A stretch of DNA of 64,000 nt from Nemertoderma westbladi (Eukaryota > Animalia > Xenacoelomorpha): the NCBI GenBank assembly GCA_032718475.1, contig JAUCBJ010002777.1, forward strand, positions 62,001 to 126,000, read 5' to 3'. The position numbers were made by a program, and so were the translations under genes. A model generated the notes under the pieces. That model was not told where the DNA came from, did no database searches, and saw only the letters and a list, made by a program, of their open reading frames with translations. The stretch's first letter is position 1. The number at the start of each line of letters is the position of its first letter. Below, one piece after another: positions 51,501 to 64,000 of this stretch.

Positions 51501-54500
51501 CACTCACACAGATACTTTACACGAACCCCCTTCGATCGAGGCTTTATTTGCACTCACACAGATACTTTACACTGCCCCCACTTCGAGGCTTTATTTACAC
51601 TCACACAGATACTTTACACTGCCCTCACTTCGAGACTTTATTTACACTCACACAGATACTTTACACGAACCCCCTTCGATCGAGGCTTTATTTGCACTCA
51701 CACAGATACTTTACACTGCCCCCACTTCGAGGCTTTATTTGCACTCACACAGATACTTTACACTGCCCCCACTTCGTGGCTTTATTTGCACTCACACAGA
51801 TACTTTACACTGTACTCACGGCAACGCTTTATTTGCACTCACACAGATACTTTACTCTGCCCCCACTTCGAGGCTTTATTTACACTCACACAGATACTTT
51901 ACACTGCCCTCACTTCGAGACTTTATTTACACTCACACAGATACTTTACACGAACCCCCTTCGATCGAGGCTTTATTTGCACTCACACAGATACTTTACA
52001 CTGCCCCCACTTCGAGACTTTATTTGCACTCACACAGATACTTTACACTGTACTCACGGCAACGCTTTATTTGCACTCACACAGATACTTTACACTGCCC
52101 CCACTTCGAGGCTTTATTTGCACTCACACAGATACTTTACACTGCCCCCACTTCGAGACTTTATTTGCACTCACACAGATACTTTACACTGTACTCACGG
52201 CAACGCTTTATTTGCACTCACACAGATACTTTACTCTGCCCCCACTTCGAGGCTTTATTTACACTCACACAGATACTTTACACTGCCCCCACTTCGATCG
52301 AGGCTTTATTTGCACTCACACAGATACTTTACACTGTACTCACGGCAACGCTTTATTTGCACTCACACAGATACTTTACACTGCCCCCACTTCGAGACTT
52401 TATTTGCACTCACACAGATACTTTACTCTGCCCCCACTTCGAGGCTTTATTTGCACTCACACAGATACTTTACACTGCCCCCACTTCGAGGCTTTATTTG
52501 CACTCACACAGATACTTTACACTGCCCCCACTTCGAGGCTTTATTTGCACTCACACAGATACTTTACACTGCCCCCACTTCGAGGCTTTATTTGCACTCA
52601 CACAGATACTTTACACTGCCCCCACTTCGAGGCTTTATTTGCACTCACACAGATACTTTACACTGCCCCCACTTCGAGACTTTATTTGCACTCACACAGA
52701 TACTTTACTCTGCCCCCACTTCGAGGCTTTATTTGCACTCACACAGATACTTTACACTGCCCCCACTTCGAGGCTTTATTTGCACTCACACAGATACTTT
52801 ACACTGCCCCCACTTCGAGGCTTTATTTGCACTCACACAGATACTTTACACTGCCCCCACTTCGAGGCTTTATTTGCACTCACACAGATACTTTACACTG
52901 CCCCCACTTCGAGGCTTTATTTGCACTCACACAGATACTTTACACTGCCCCCACTTCGAGGCTTTATTTGCACTCACACAGATACTTTACACTGCCCCCA
53001 CTTCGAGACTTTATTTGCACTCACACAGATACTTTACACTGTACTCACGGCAACGCTTTATTTGCACTCACACAGATACTTTACTCTGCCCCCACTTCGA
53101 GGCTTTATTTGCACTCACACAGATACTTTACACTGCCCCCACTTCGAGGCTTTATTTGCACTCACACAGATACTTTACACTGCCCCCACTTCGAGGCTTT
53201 ATTTGCACTCACACAGATACTTTACACTGCCCCCACTTCGAGGCTTTATTTGCACTCACACAGATACTTTACACTGCCCCCACTTCGAGGCTTTATTTGC
53301 ACTCACACAGATACTTTACACTGCCCCCACTTCGAGGCTTTATTTGCACTCACACAGATACTTTACACTGCCCCCACTTCGAGGCTTTATTTGCACTCAC
53401 ACAGATACTTTACACTGCCCCCCACTTCGAGGCTTTATTTGCACTCACACAGATACTTTACACTGCCCCCACTTCGAGACTTTATTTGCACTCACACAGA
53501 TACTTTACACTGTACTCACGGCAACGCTTTATTTGCACTCACACAGATACTTTACTCTGCCCCCACTTCGAGGCTTTATTTGCACTCACACAGATACTTT
53601 ACACTGCCCCCACTTCGAGACTTTATTTGCACTCACACAGATACTTTACACTGTACTCACGGCAACGCTTTATTTGCACTCACACAGATACTTTACTCTG
53701 CCCCCACTTCGAGGCTTTATTTGCACTCACACAGATACTTTACACTGCCCCCACTTCGAGACTTTATTTGCACTCACACAGATACTTTACACTGTACTCA
53801 CGGCAACGCTTTATTTGCACTCACACAGATACTTTACACTGCCCCCACTTCGAGGCTTTATTTGCACTCACACAGATACTTTACACGAACCCCCTTCGAT
53901 CGAGGCTTTATTTGCACTCACACAGATACTTTACACTGCCCCCACTTCGAGGCTTTATTTGCACTCACACAGATACTTTACACTGCCCCCACTTCGAGGC
54001 TTTATTTGCACTCACACAGATACTTTACACTGCCCCCACTTCGAGGCTTTATTTGCACTCACACAGATACTTTACACTGTACTCACGGCAACGCTTTATT
54101 TGCACTCACACAGATACTTTACACTGCCCCCACTTCGAGGCTTTATTTACACTCACACAGATACTTTACACTGCCCCCACTTCGAGGCTTTATTTGCACT
54201 CACACAGATACTTTACACTGCCCCCACTTCGAGGCTTTATTTGCACTCACACAGATACTTTACACTGCCCCCACTTCGAGGCTTTATTTGCACTCACACA
54301 GATACTTTACACTGTACTCACGGCAACGCTTTATTTGCACTCACACAGATACTTTACACTGCCCCCACTTCGAGGCTTTATTTGCACTCACACAGATACT
54401 TTACTCTGCCCCCACTTCGAGGCTTTATTTGCACTCACACAGACACTTTACTCTGCCCCCACTTCGAGGCTTTATTTACACTCACACAGATACTTTACAC

Positions 54501-57500
54501 TGTACTCACGGCAACGCTTTATTTGCACTCACACAGATACTTTACACTGTACTCACTTCGAGACTTTATTTGCACTCACACAGATACTTTACACTGCCCC
54601 CACTTCGAGGCTTTATTTGCACTCACACAGATACTTTACACTGCCCCCACTTCGAGGCTTTATTTACACTCACACAGATACTTTACACTGCCCCCACTTC
54701 GAGGCTTTATTTGCACTCACACAGATACTTTCCCTTCCCCCACTTCGAGGCTTTATTTGCACTCACACAGATACTTTACACTGTACTCACGGCAACGCTT
54801 TATTTGCACTCACACAGATACTTTACACTGTACTCACTTCGAGACTTTATTTGCACTCACACAGATACTTTACACTGCCCCCACTTCGAGGCTTTATTTG
54901 CACTCACACAGATACTTTACACTGCCCCCACTTCGAGGCTTTATTTACACTCACACAGATACTTTACACTGTACTCACGGCAACGCTTTATTTGCACTCA
55001 CACAGATACTTTACACTGCCCCCACTTCGAGGCTTTATTTGCACTCACACAGATACTTTACACTGCCCCCACTTCGAGGCTTTATTTGCACTCACACAGA
55101 TACTTTACACTGCCCCCACTTCGAGGCTTTATTTGCACTCACACAGATACTTTACACTGCCCCCACTTCGAGGCTTTATTTACACTCACACAGATACTTT
55201 ACACTGCCCCCACTTCGAGGCTTTATTTGCACTCACACAGATACTTTACACTGCCCCCACTTCGAGGCTTTATTTGCACTCACACAGATACTTTACACTG
55301 CCCCCACTTCGAGGCTTTATTTGCACTCACACAGATACTTTACACTGCCCCCACTTCGAGGCTTTATTTGCACTCACACAGATACTTTACACTGCCCCCA
55401 CTTCGAGGCTTTATTTGCACTCACACAGATACTTTACACTGCCCCCACTTCGAGGCTTTATTTGCACTCACACAGATACTTTACACTGCCCCCACTTCGA
55501 GGCTTTATTTGCACTCACACAGATACTTTACACTGCCCCCACTTCGAGGCTTTATTTGCACTCACACAGATACTTTACACTGCCCCCACTTCGAGGCTTT
55601 ATTTACACTCACACAGATACTTTACACTGTACTCACGGCAACGCTTTATTTGCACTCACACAGATACTTTACACTGCCCCCACTTCGAGGCTTTATTTGC
55701 ACTCACACAGATACTTTACACTGCCCCCACTTCGAGGCTTTATTTGCACTCACACAGATACTTTACACTGCCCCCACTTCGAGGCTTTATTTGCACTCAC
55801 ACAGATACTTTACACTGCCCCCACTTCGAGGCTTTATTTGCACTCACACAGATACTTTACACTGTACTCACGGCAACGCTTTATTTGCACTCACACAGAT
55901 ACTTTACACTGCCCCCACTTCGAGGCTTTATTTGCACTCACACAGATACTTTACACTGCCCCCACTTCGAGGCTTTATTTGCACTCACACAGATACTTTA
56001 CACTGAACCCACTTCGAGGCTTTATTTGCACTCACACAGATACTTTACACTGCCCCCACTTCGAGGCTTTATTTGCACTCACACAGATACTTTACACTGC
56101 CCCCACTTCGAGGCTTTATTTGCACTCCCACAGATACTTTACACTGCCCCCACTTCGAGGCTTTATTTACACTCACACAGATACTTTACACTGCCCCCAC
56201 TTCGAGGCTTTATTTGCACTCACACAGATACTTTCCCTTCCCCCACTTCGAGGCTTTATTTGCACTCACACAGATACTTTACACTGTACTCACGGCAACG
56301 CTTTATTTGCACTCACACAGATACTTTACACTGCCCCCACTTCGAGGCTTTATTTGCACTCACACAGATACTTTACACTGCCCCCACTTCGAGGCTTTAT
56401 TTGCACTCACACAGATACTTTACACTGCCCCCACTTCGAGGCTTTGTTTGCACTCACACAGACACTTTACACTGCCCCCCACTTCGAGGCTTTATTTGCA
56501 CTCACACAGATACTTTACACTGCCCCCACTTCGAGGCTTTATTTGCACTCACACAGATACTTTACACTGAACCCACTTCGAGGCTTTATTTGCACTCACA
56601 CAGATACTTTACACTGCCCCCACTTCGAGGCTTTATTTGCACTCACACAGATACTTTACACTGCCCCCACTTCGAGGCTTTATTTGCACTCCCACAGATA
56701 CTTTACACGAACCCCCTTCGATCGAGGCTTTATTTGCACTCACACAGATACTTTACACTGCCCCCACTTCGAGGCTTTATTTGCACTGACACAGATACTT
56801 TACACGAACCCACTTCGATCGAGGCTTTATTTGCACTCACACAGATACTTTACACTGTACTCACGGCAACGCTTTATTTGCACTCACACAGATACTTTAC
56901 ACTGCCCCCACTTCGAGACTTTATTTGCACTCACACAGATACTTTACACTGCCCCCACTTCGAGGCTTTATTTGCACTCACACAGATACTTTACACTGCC
57001 CCCACTTCGAGGCTTTATTTACACTCACACAGATACTTTACACTGCCCCCACTTCGAGGCTTTATTTGCACTCACACAGATACTTTCCCTTCCCCCACTT
57101 CGAGGCTTTATTTGCACTCACACAGATACTTTACACTGTACTCACGGCAACGCTTTATTTGCACTCACACAGATACTTTACACTGCCCCCACTTCGAGGC
57201 TTTATTTGCACTCACACAGATACTTTACACTGCCCCCACTTCGAGGCTTTATTTGCACTCACACAGATACTTTACACTGAACCCACTTCGAGGCTTTATT
57301 TGCACTCACACAGATACTTTACACTGCCCCCACTTCGAGGCTTTATTTGCACTCACACAGATACTTTACACTGCCCCCACTTCGAGGCTTTATTTGCACT
57401 CCCACAGATACTTTACACGAACCCCCTTCGATCGAGGCTTTATTTGCACTCACACAGATACTTTACACTGCCCCCACTTCGAGGCTTTATTTGCACTCAC

Positions 57501-60500
57501 ACAGATACTTTACACTGCCCCCACTTCGAGGCTTTATTTGCACTCACACAGATACTTTACACTGCCCCCACTTCGAGGCTTTATTTGCACTCACACAGAT
57601 ACTTTACACTGCCCCCACTTCGAGGCTTTATTTGCACTCACACAGATACTTTACACTGCCCCCACTTCGAGGCTTTATTTGCACTCACACAGATACTTTA
57701 CACTGCCCCCACTTCGAGGCTTTATTTGCACTCACACAGATACTTTACACTGCCCCCACTTCGAGGCTTTATTTGCACTCACACAGATACTTTACACTGC
57801 CCCCACTTCGAGGCTTTATTTGCACTCACACAGATACTTTACACTGCCCAACCCTCGAGACTTTATTTGCACTCCCACAGATACTTTACACGAACCCCCT
57901 TCGATCGAGGCTTTATTTGCACTCACACAGATACTTTACACTGTACTCACGGCAACGCTTTATTTGCACTCACACAGATACTTTACACTGTACTCACGGC
58001 AACGCTTTATTTGCACTCACACAGATACTTTACACTGTACTCACGGCAACGCTTTATTTGCACTCACACAGATACTTTACACTGCCCCCACTTCGAGGCT
58101 TTATTTACACTCACACAGATACTTTACACTGCCCCCACTTCGAGGCTTTATTTGCACTCACACAGATACTTTACACTGAACCCACTTCGAGGCTTTATTT
58201 GCACTCACACAGATACTTTACACTGCCCCCACTTCGAGGCTTTATTTGCACTCACACAGATACTTTACACTGCCCCCACTTCGAGGCTTTATTTGCACTC
58301 ACACAGATACTTTACACGAACCCCCTTCGATCGAGGCTTTATTTGCACTCACACAGATACTTTACACTGCCCCCACTTCGAGGCTTTATTTGCACTCACA
58401 CAGATACTTTACACTGTACTCACGGCAACGCTTTATTTGCACTCACACAGATACTTTACACTGCCCCCACTTCGAGGCTTTATTTGCACTCACACAGATA
58501 CTTTACACTGCCCCCACTTCGAGGCTTTATTTGCACTCACACAGATACTTTACACTGCCCCCACTTCGAGACTTTATTTGCACTCACACAGATACTTTAC
58601 ACTGCCCCCACTTCGTGGCTTTATTTGCACTCACACAGATACTTTACTCTGCCCCCACTTCGAGGCTTTATTTGCACTCACACAGATACTTTACACTGCC
58701 CCCACTTCGAGACTTTATTTGCACTCACACAGATACTTTACACTGCCCCCACTTCGTGGCTTTATTTGCACTCACACAGATACTTTACTCTGCCCCCACT
58801 TCGAGACTTTATTTGCACTCACACAGATACTTTACACTGCCCCCACTTCGTGGCTTTATTTGCACTCACACAGATACTTTACTCTGCCCCCACTTCGAGG
58901 CTTTATTTACACTCACACAGATACTTTACACGAACCCCCTTCGAGGCTTTATTTACACTCACACAGACACTTTACACGAACCCCCTTCGAGGCTTTATTT
59001 ACACTCACACAGATACTTTACACGAACCCCCTTCGAGGCTTTATTTACACTCACACAGATACTTTACACGAACCCCCTTCGATCGAGGCTTTATTTGCAC
59101 TCACACAGATACTTTACACTGCCCCCACTTCGAGGCTTTATTTGCACTCACACAGATACTTTACACTGCCCCCACTTCGAGGCTTTATTTGCACTCACAC
59201 AGATACTTTACACTGCCCCCACTTCGAGGCTTTATTTACACTCACACAGAAACTTTACACGAACCCCCTTCGATCGAGGCTTTATTTGCACTCACACAGA
59301 TACTTTACACTGCCCCCACTTCGAGGCTTTATTTGCACTCACACAGATACTTTACACTGCCCCCACTTCGAGACTTTATTTGCACTCACACAGATACTTT
59401 ACACTGCCCCCACTTCGTGGCTTTATTTGCACTCACACAGATACTTTACACTGCCCCCACTTCGAGGCTTTATTTGCACTCACACAGATACTTTACACTG
59501 CCCCCACTTCGAGACTTTATTTGCACTCACACAGATACTTTACACTGCCCCCACTTCGAGGCTTTATTTGCACTCACACAGATACTTTACTCTGCCCCCA
59601 CTTCGAGGCTTTATTTGCACTCACACAGATACTTTACTCTGCCCCCCACTTCGAGGCTTTATTTGCACTGACACAGATACTTTACACTGCCCCCACTTCG
59701 AGGCTTTATTTGCACTCACACAGATACTTTACACGAACCCCCTTCGATCGAGGCTTTATTTGCACTCACACAGATACTTTACTCTGCCCCCACTTCGAGG
59801 CTTTATTTGCACTCACACAGATACTTTACACGAACCCCCTTCGATCGAGGCTTTATTTGCACTCACACAGATACTTTACTCTGCCCCCCACTTCGTGGCT
59901 TTATTTGCACTCACACAGATACTTTACTCTGCCCCCCACTTCGAGGCTTTATTTGCACTCACACAGATACTTTACTCTGCCCCCCACTTCGAGGCTTTAT
60001 TTGCACTCACACAGATACTTTACTCTGCCCCCCACTTCGAGGCTTTATTTGCACTCACACAGATACTTTACACGAACCCCCTTCGATCGAGGCTTTATTT
60101 GCACTCACACAGATACTTTACACTGCCCCAACTTCGAGGCTTTATTTGCACTCACACAGATACTTTACACTGCCCCCACTTCGAGGCTTTATTTGCACTC
60201 ACACAGATACTTTACTCTGCCCCCCACTTCGAGGCTTTATTTGCACTCACACAGATACTTTACTCTGCCCCCCACTTCGAGGCTTTATTTGCACTCACAC
60301 AGATACTTTACTCTGCCCCCCACTTCGAGGCTTTATTTGCACTCACACAGATACTTTACACGAACCCCCTTCGATCGAGGCTTTATTTGCACTCACACAG
60401 ATACTTTACACTGCCCCCACTTCGAGGCTTTATTTGCACTCACACAGATACTTTACACTGCCCCCACTTCGAGGCTTTATTTGCACTCACACAGATACTT

Positions 60501-63500
60501 TACACTGCCCCCACTTCGTGGCTTTATTTGCACTCACACAGATACTTTACACTGCCCCCACTTCGTGGCTTTATTTGCACTCACACAGATACTTTACTCT
60601 GCCCCAACTTCGAGGCTTTATTTGCACTCACACAGATACTTTACACGAACCCCCTTCGATCGAGGCTTTATTTACACTCACACAGATACTTTACATGCCC
60701 CCACTTCGTGGCTTTATTTGCACTCACACAGATACTTTACTCTGCCCCCCACTTCGAGGCTTTATTTGCACTCACACAGATACTTTACACGAACCCCCTT
60801 CGATCGAGGCTTTATTTGCACTCACACAGATACTTTACACTGCCCCCACTTCGAGGCTTTATTTGCACTCACACAGATACTTTACACTGCCCCCACTTCG
60901 AGGCTTTATTTGCACTCACACAGATACTTTACACTGCCCCCACTTCGAGGCTTTATTTGCACTCACACAGATACTTTACACTGCCCCCACTTCGAGACTT
61001 TATTTGCACTCACACAGATACTTTACTCTGCCCCCACTTCGAGGCTTTATTTGCACTCACACAGATACTTTACACGAACCCCCTTCGATCGAGGCTTTAT
61101 TTGCACTCACACAGATACTTTACACGAACCCCCTTCGATCGAGGCTTTATTTGCACTCACACAGATACTTTACACTGCCCCCACTTCGAGGCTTTATTTG
61201 CACTCACACAGATACTTTACTCTGCCCCAACTTCGAGGCTTTATTTGCACTCACACAGATACTTTACACTGCCCCCACTTCGTGGCTTTATTTGCACTCA
61301 CACAGATACTTTACACTGCCCCCACTTCGTGGCTTTATTTGCACTCACACAGATACTTTACTCTGCCCCAACTTCGAGGCTTTATTTGCACTCACACAGA
61401 TACTTTACACGAACCCCCTTCGATCGAGGCTTTATTTGCACTCACACAGATACTTTACACTGCCCCCACTTCGAGGCTTTATTTGCACTCACACAGATAC
61501 TTTACACGAACCCCCTTCGATCGAGGCTTTATTTGCACTCACACAGATACTTTACACTGCCCCCACTTCGAGGCTTTATTTGCACTCACACAGATACTTT
61601 ACACTGCCCCCACTTCGAGACTTTATTTGCACTCACACAGATACTTTACTCTGCCCCAACTTCGAGGCTTTATTTGCACTCACACAGATACTTTACACTG
61701 CCCCCACTTCGTGGCTTTATTTGCACTCACACAGATACTTTACACTGCCCCCACTTCGAGGCTTTATTTGCACTCACACAGATACTTTACACGAACCCCC
61801 TTCGATCGAGGCTTTATTTGCACTCACACAGATACTTTACACTGCCCCCACTTCGAGGCTTTATTTGCACTCACACAGATACTTTACACTGCCCCCACTT
61901 CGAGACTTTATTTGCACTCACACAGATACTTTACACTGCCCCCACTTCGAGACTTTATTTGCACTCACACAGATACTTTACTCTGCCCCAACTTCGAGGC
62001 TTTATTTGCACTCACACAGATACTTTACTCTGCCCCAACTTCGAGGCTTTATTTGCACTCACACAGATACTTTACTCTGCCCCAACTTCGAGGCTTTATT
62101 TGCACTCACACAGATACTTTACACTGCCCCCACTTCGAGGCTTTATTTGCACTCACACAGATACTTTACACTGCCCCCACTTCGAGACTTTATTTGCACT
62201 CACACAGATACTTTACTCTGCCCCAACTTCGAGGCTTTATTTGCACTCACACAGATACTTTACACGAACCCCCTTCGATCGAGGCTTTATTTGCACTCAC
62301 ACAGATACTTTACACTGCCCCCACTTCGAGGCTTTATTTGCACTCACACAGATACTTTACACGAACCCCCTTCGATCGAGGCTTTATTTGCACTCACACA
62401 GATACTTTACACTGCCCCCACTTCGAGGCTTTATTTGCACTCACACAGATACTTTACACGAACCCCCTTCGATCGAGGCTTTATTTGCACTCACACAGAT
62501 ACTTTACACTGCCCCCACTTCGAGGCTTTATTTGCACTCACACAGATACTTTACACTGCCCCCACTTCGAGACTTTATTTGCACTCACACAGATACTTTA
62601 CTCTGCCCCAACTTCGAGGCTTTATTTGCACTCACACAGATACTTTACACTGCCCCCACTTCGTGGCTTTATTTGCACTCACACAGATACTTTACACTGC
62701 CCCCACTTCGAGGCTTTATTTGCACTCACACAGATACTTTACACGAACCCCCTTCGATCGAGGCTTTATTTGCACTCACACAGATACTTTACACTGCCCC
62801 CACTTCGAGGCTTTATTTGCACTCACACAGATACTTTACACTGCCCCCACTTCGAGACTTTATTTGCACTCACACAGATACTTTACTCTGCCCCAACTTC
62901 GAGGCTTTATTTGCACTCACACAGATACTTTACACTGCCCCCACTTCGTGGCTTTATTTGCACTCACACAGATACTTTACACTGCCCCCACTTCGTGGCT
63001 TTATTTGCACTCACACAGATACTTTACTCTGCCCCAACTTCGAGGCTTTATTTGCACTCACACAGATACTTTACACTGCCCCCACTTCGAGGCTTTATTT
63101 GCACTCACACAGATACTTTACACTGCCCCCACTTCTATGCTTTATTTGCACTCACACAGATACTTTACACTGCCCCCACTTCGTGGCTTTATTTGCACTC
63201 ACACAGATACTTTACTCTGCCCCAACTTCGAGGCTTTATTTGCACTCACACAGATACTTTACACTGCCCCCACTTCGAGGCTTTATTTGCACTCACACAG
63301 ATACTTTACACTGCCCCCACTTCGAGGCTTTATTTACACTCACACAGATACTCTACACGAACCCACTTCGATCGAGGCTTTATTTACACTCACACAGATA
63401 CTTTACTCTGCCCCCCACTTCGAGGCTTTATTTGCACTCACACAGATACTTTACACGAACCCCCTTCGATCGAGGCTTTATTTACACTCACACAGATACT

Positions 63501-64000
63501 TTACATGCCCCCACTTCGTGGCTTTATTTGCACTCACACAGATACTTTACTCTGCCCCCCACTTCGAGGCTTTATTTGCACTCACACAGATACTTTACAC
63601 GAACCCCCTTCGATCGAGGCTTTATTTGCACTCACACAGATACTTTACACTGCCCCCACTTCGAGGCTTTATTTGCACTCACACAGATACTTTACACTGC
63701 CCCCACTTCGAGACTTTATTTGCACTCACACAGATACTTTACTCTGCCCCCACTTCGAGGCTTTATTTGCACTCACACAGATACTTTACACGAACCCCCT
63801 TCGATCGAGGCTTTATTTGCACTCACACAGATACTTTACTCTGCCCCCACTTCGAGGCTTTATTTGCACTCACATAGATACTTTACACGAACCCCCTTCG
63901 ATCGAGGCTTTATTTGCACTCACACAGATACTTTACACTGCCCCCACTTCGAGACTTTATTTGCACTCACACAGATACTTTACACTGCCCCCACTTCGAG
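12520..64000. repeat. Satellite B: 47-bp tandem array (46-51 bp variants), >51 kb, runs off the window
   Basis: Consensus CTTTATTTGCACTCACACAGATACTTTACACTGCCCCCACTTCGAGG, period 47 (12555 to 12602). Head-to-tail, with no inversion or insertion seen. Confidence 0.99.

Noticed and set aside
12469-63877. Giant ORFs up to 5441 aa (LYLHSHRYFTLPPLRGFICTHTDT repeats)
   Set aside because: All three + frames are open and encode the same peptides, because the monomer lacks stops and its length is not a multiple of 3. Indels shift frames freely, so there is no sign of coding constraint.
12520-64000. CRISPR-like constant repeat plus variable spacer
   Set aside because: The 'spacers' are only 15-20 nt and come from a few related, endlessly reused alleles. 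There are no cas genes or leader, and the context is eukaryotic LINE/MITE DNA.

Overview
This is eukaryotic, probably invertebrate-animal, repetitive DNA with no intact protein-coding gene. Bases 1-6.1 kb are AT-rich transposon debris: the 3' end of an L2/CR1-type LINE with a stem-loop and (ACT)n tail, a 213-bp MITE with an 8-bp TSD, a Helentron/HINE-like end, a frameshifted RTE-type LINE fragment and many TACWGTA (Tc1/mariner excision-footprint-like) motifs. Bases ~6.14-12.52 kb are a GC-rich 25/33/53-bp satellite whose minus strand resembles a tRNA variable loop plus T-arm (GTTCGATCC, Pol III B-box-like). It abuts a 47-bp satellite that runs from ~12.52 kb to the window end (~1,080 monomers by length). 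That satellite has a nearly invariant ~31-bp segment and a variable segment drawn from a few alleles in spatial zones. The giant ORFs in the track are artefacts of stop-free repeat monomers. The array looks CRISPR-like but is not CRISPR. All coordinates and counts were read by eye.
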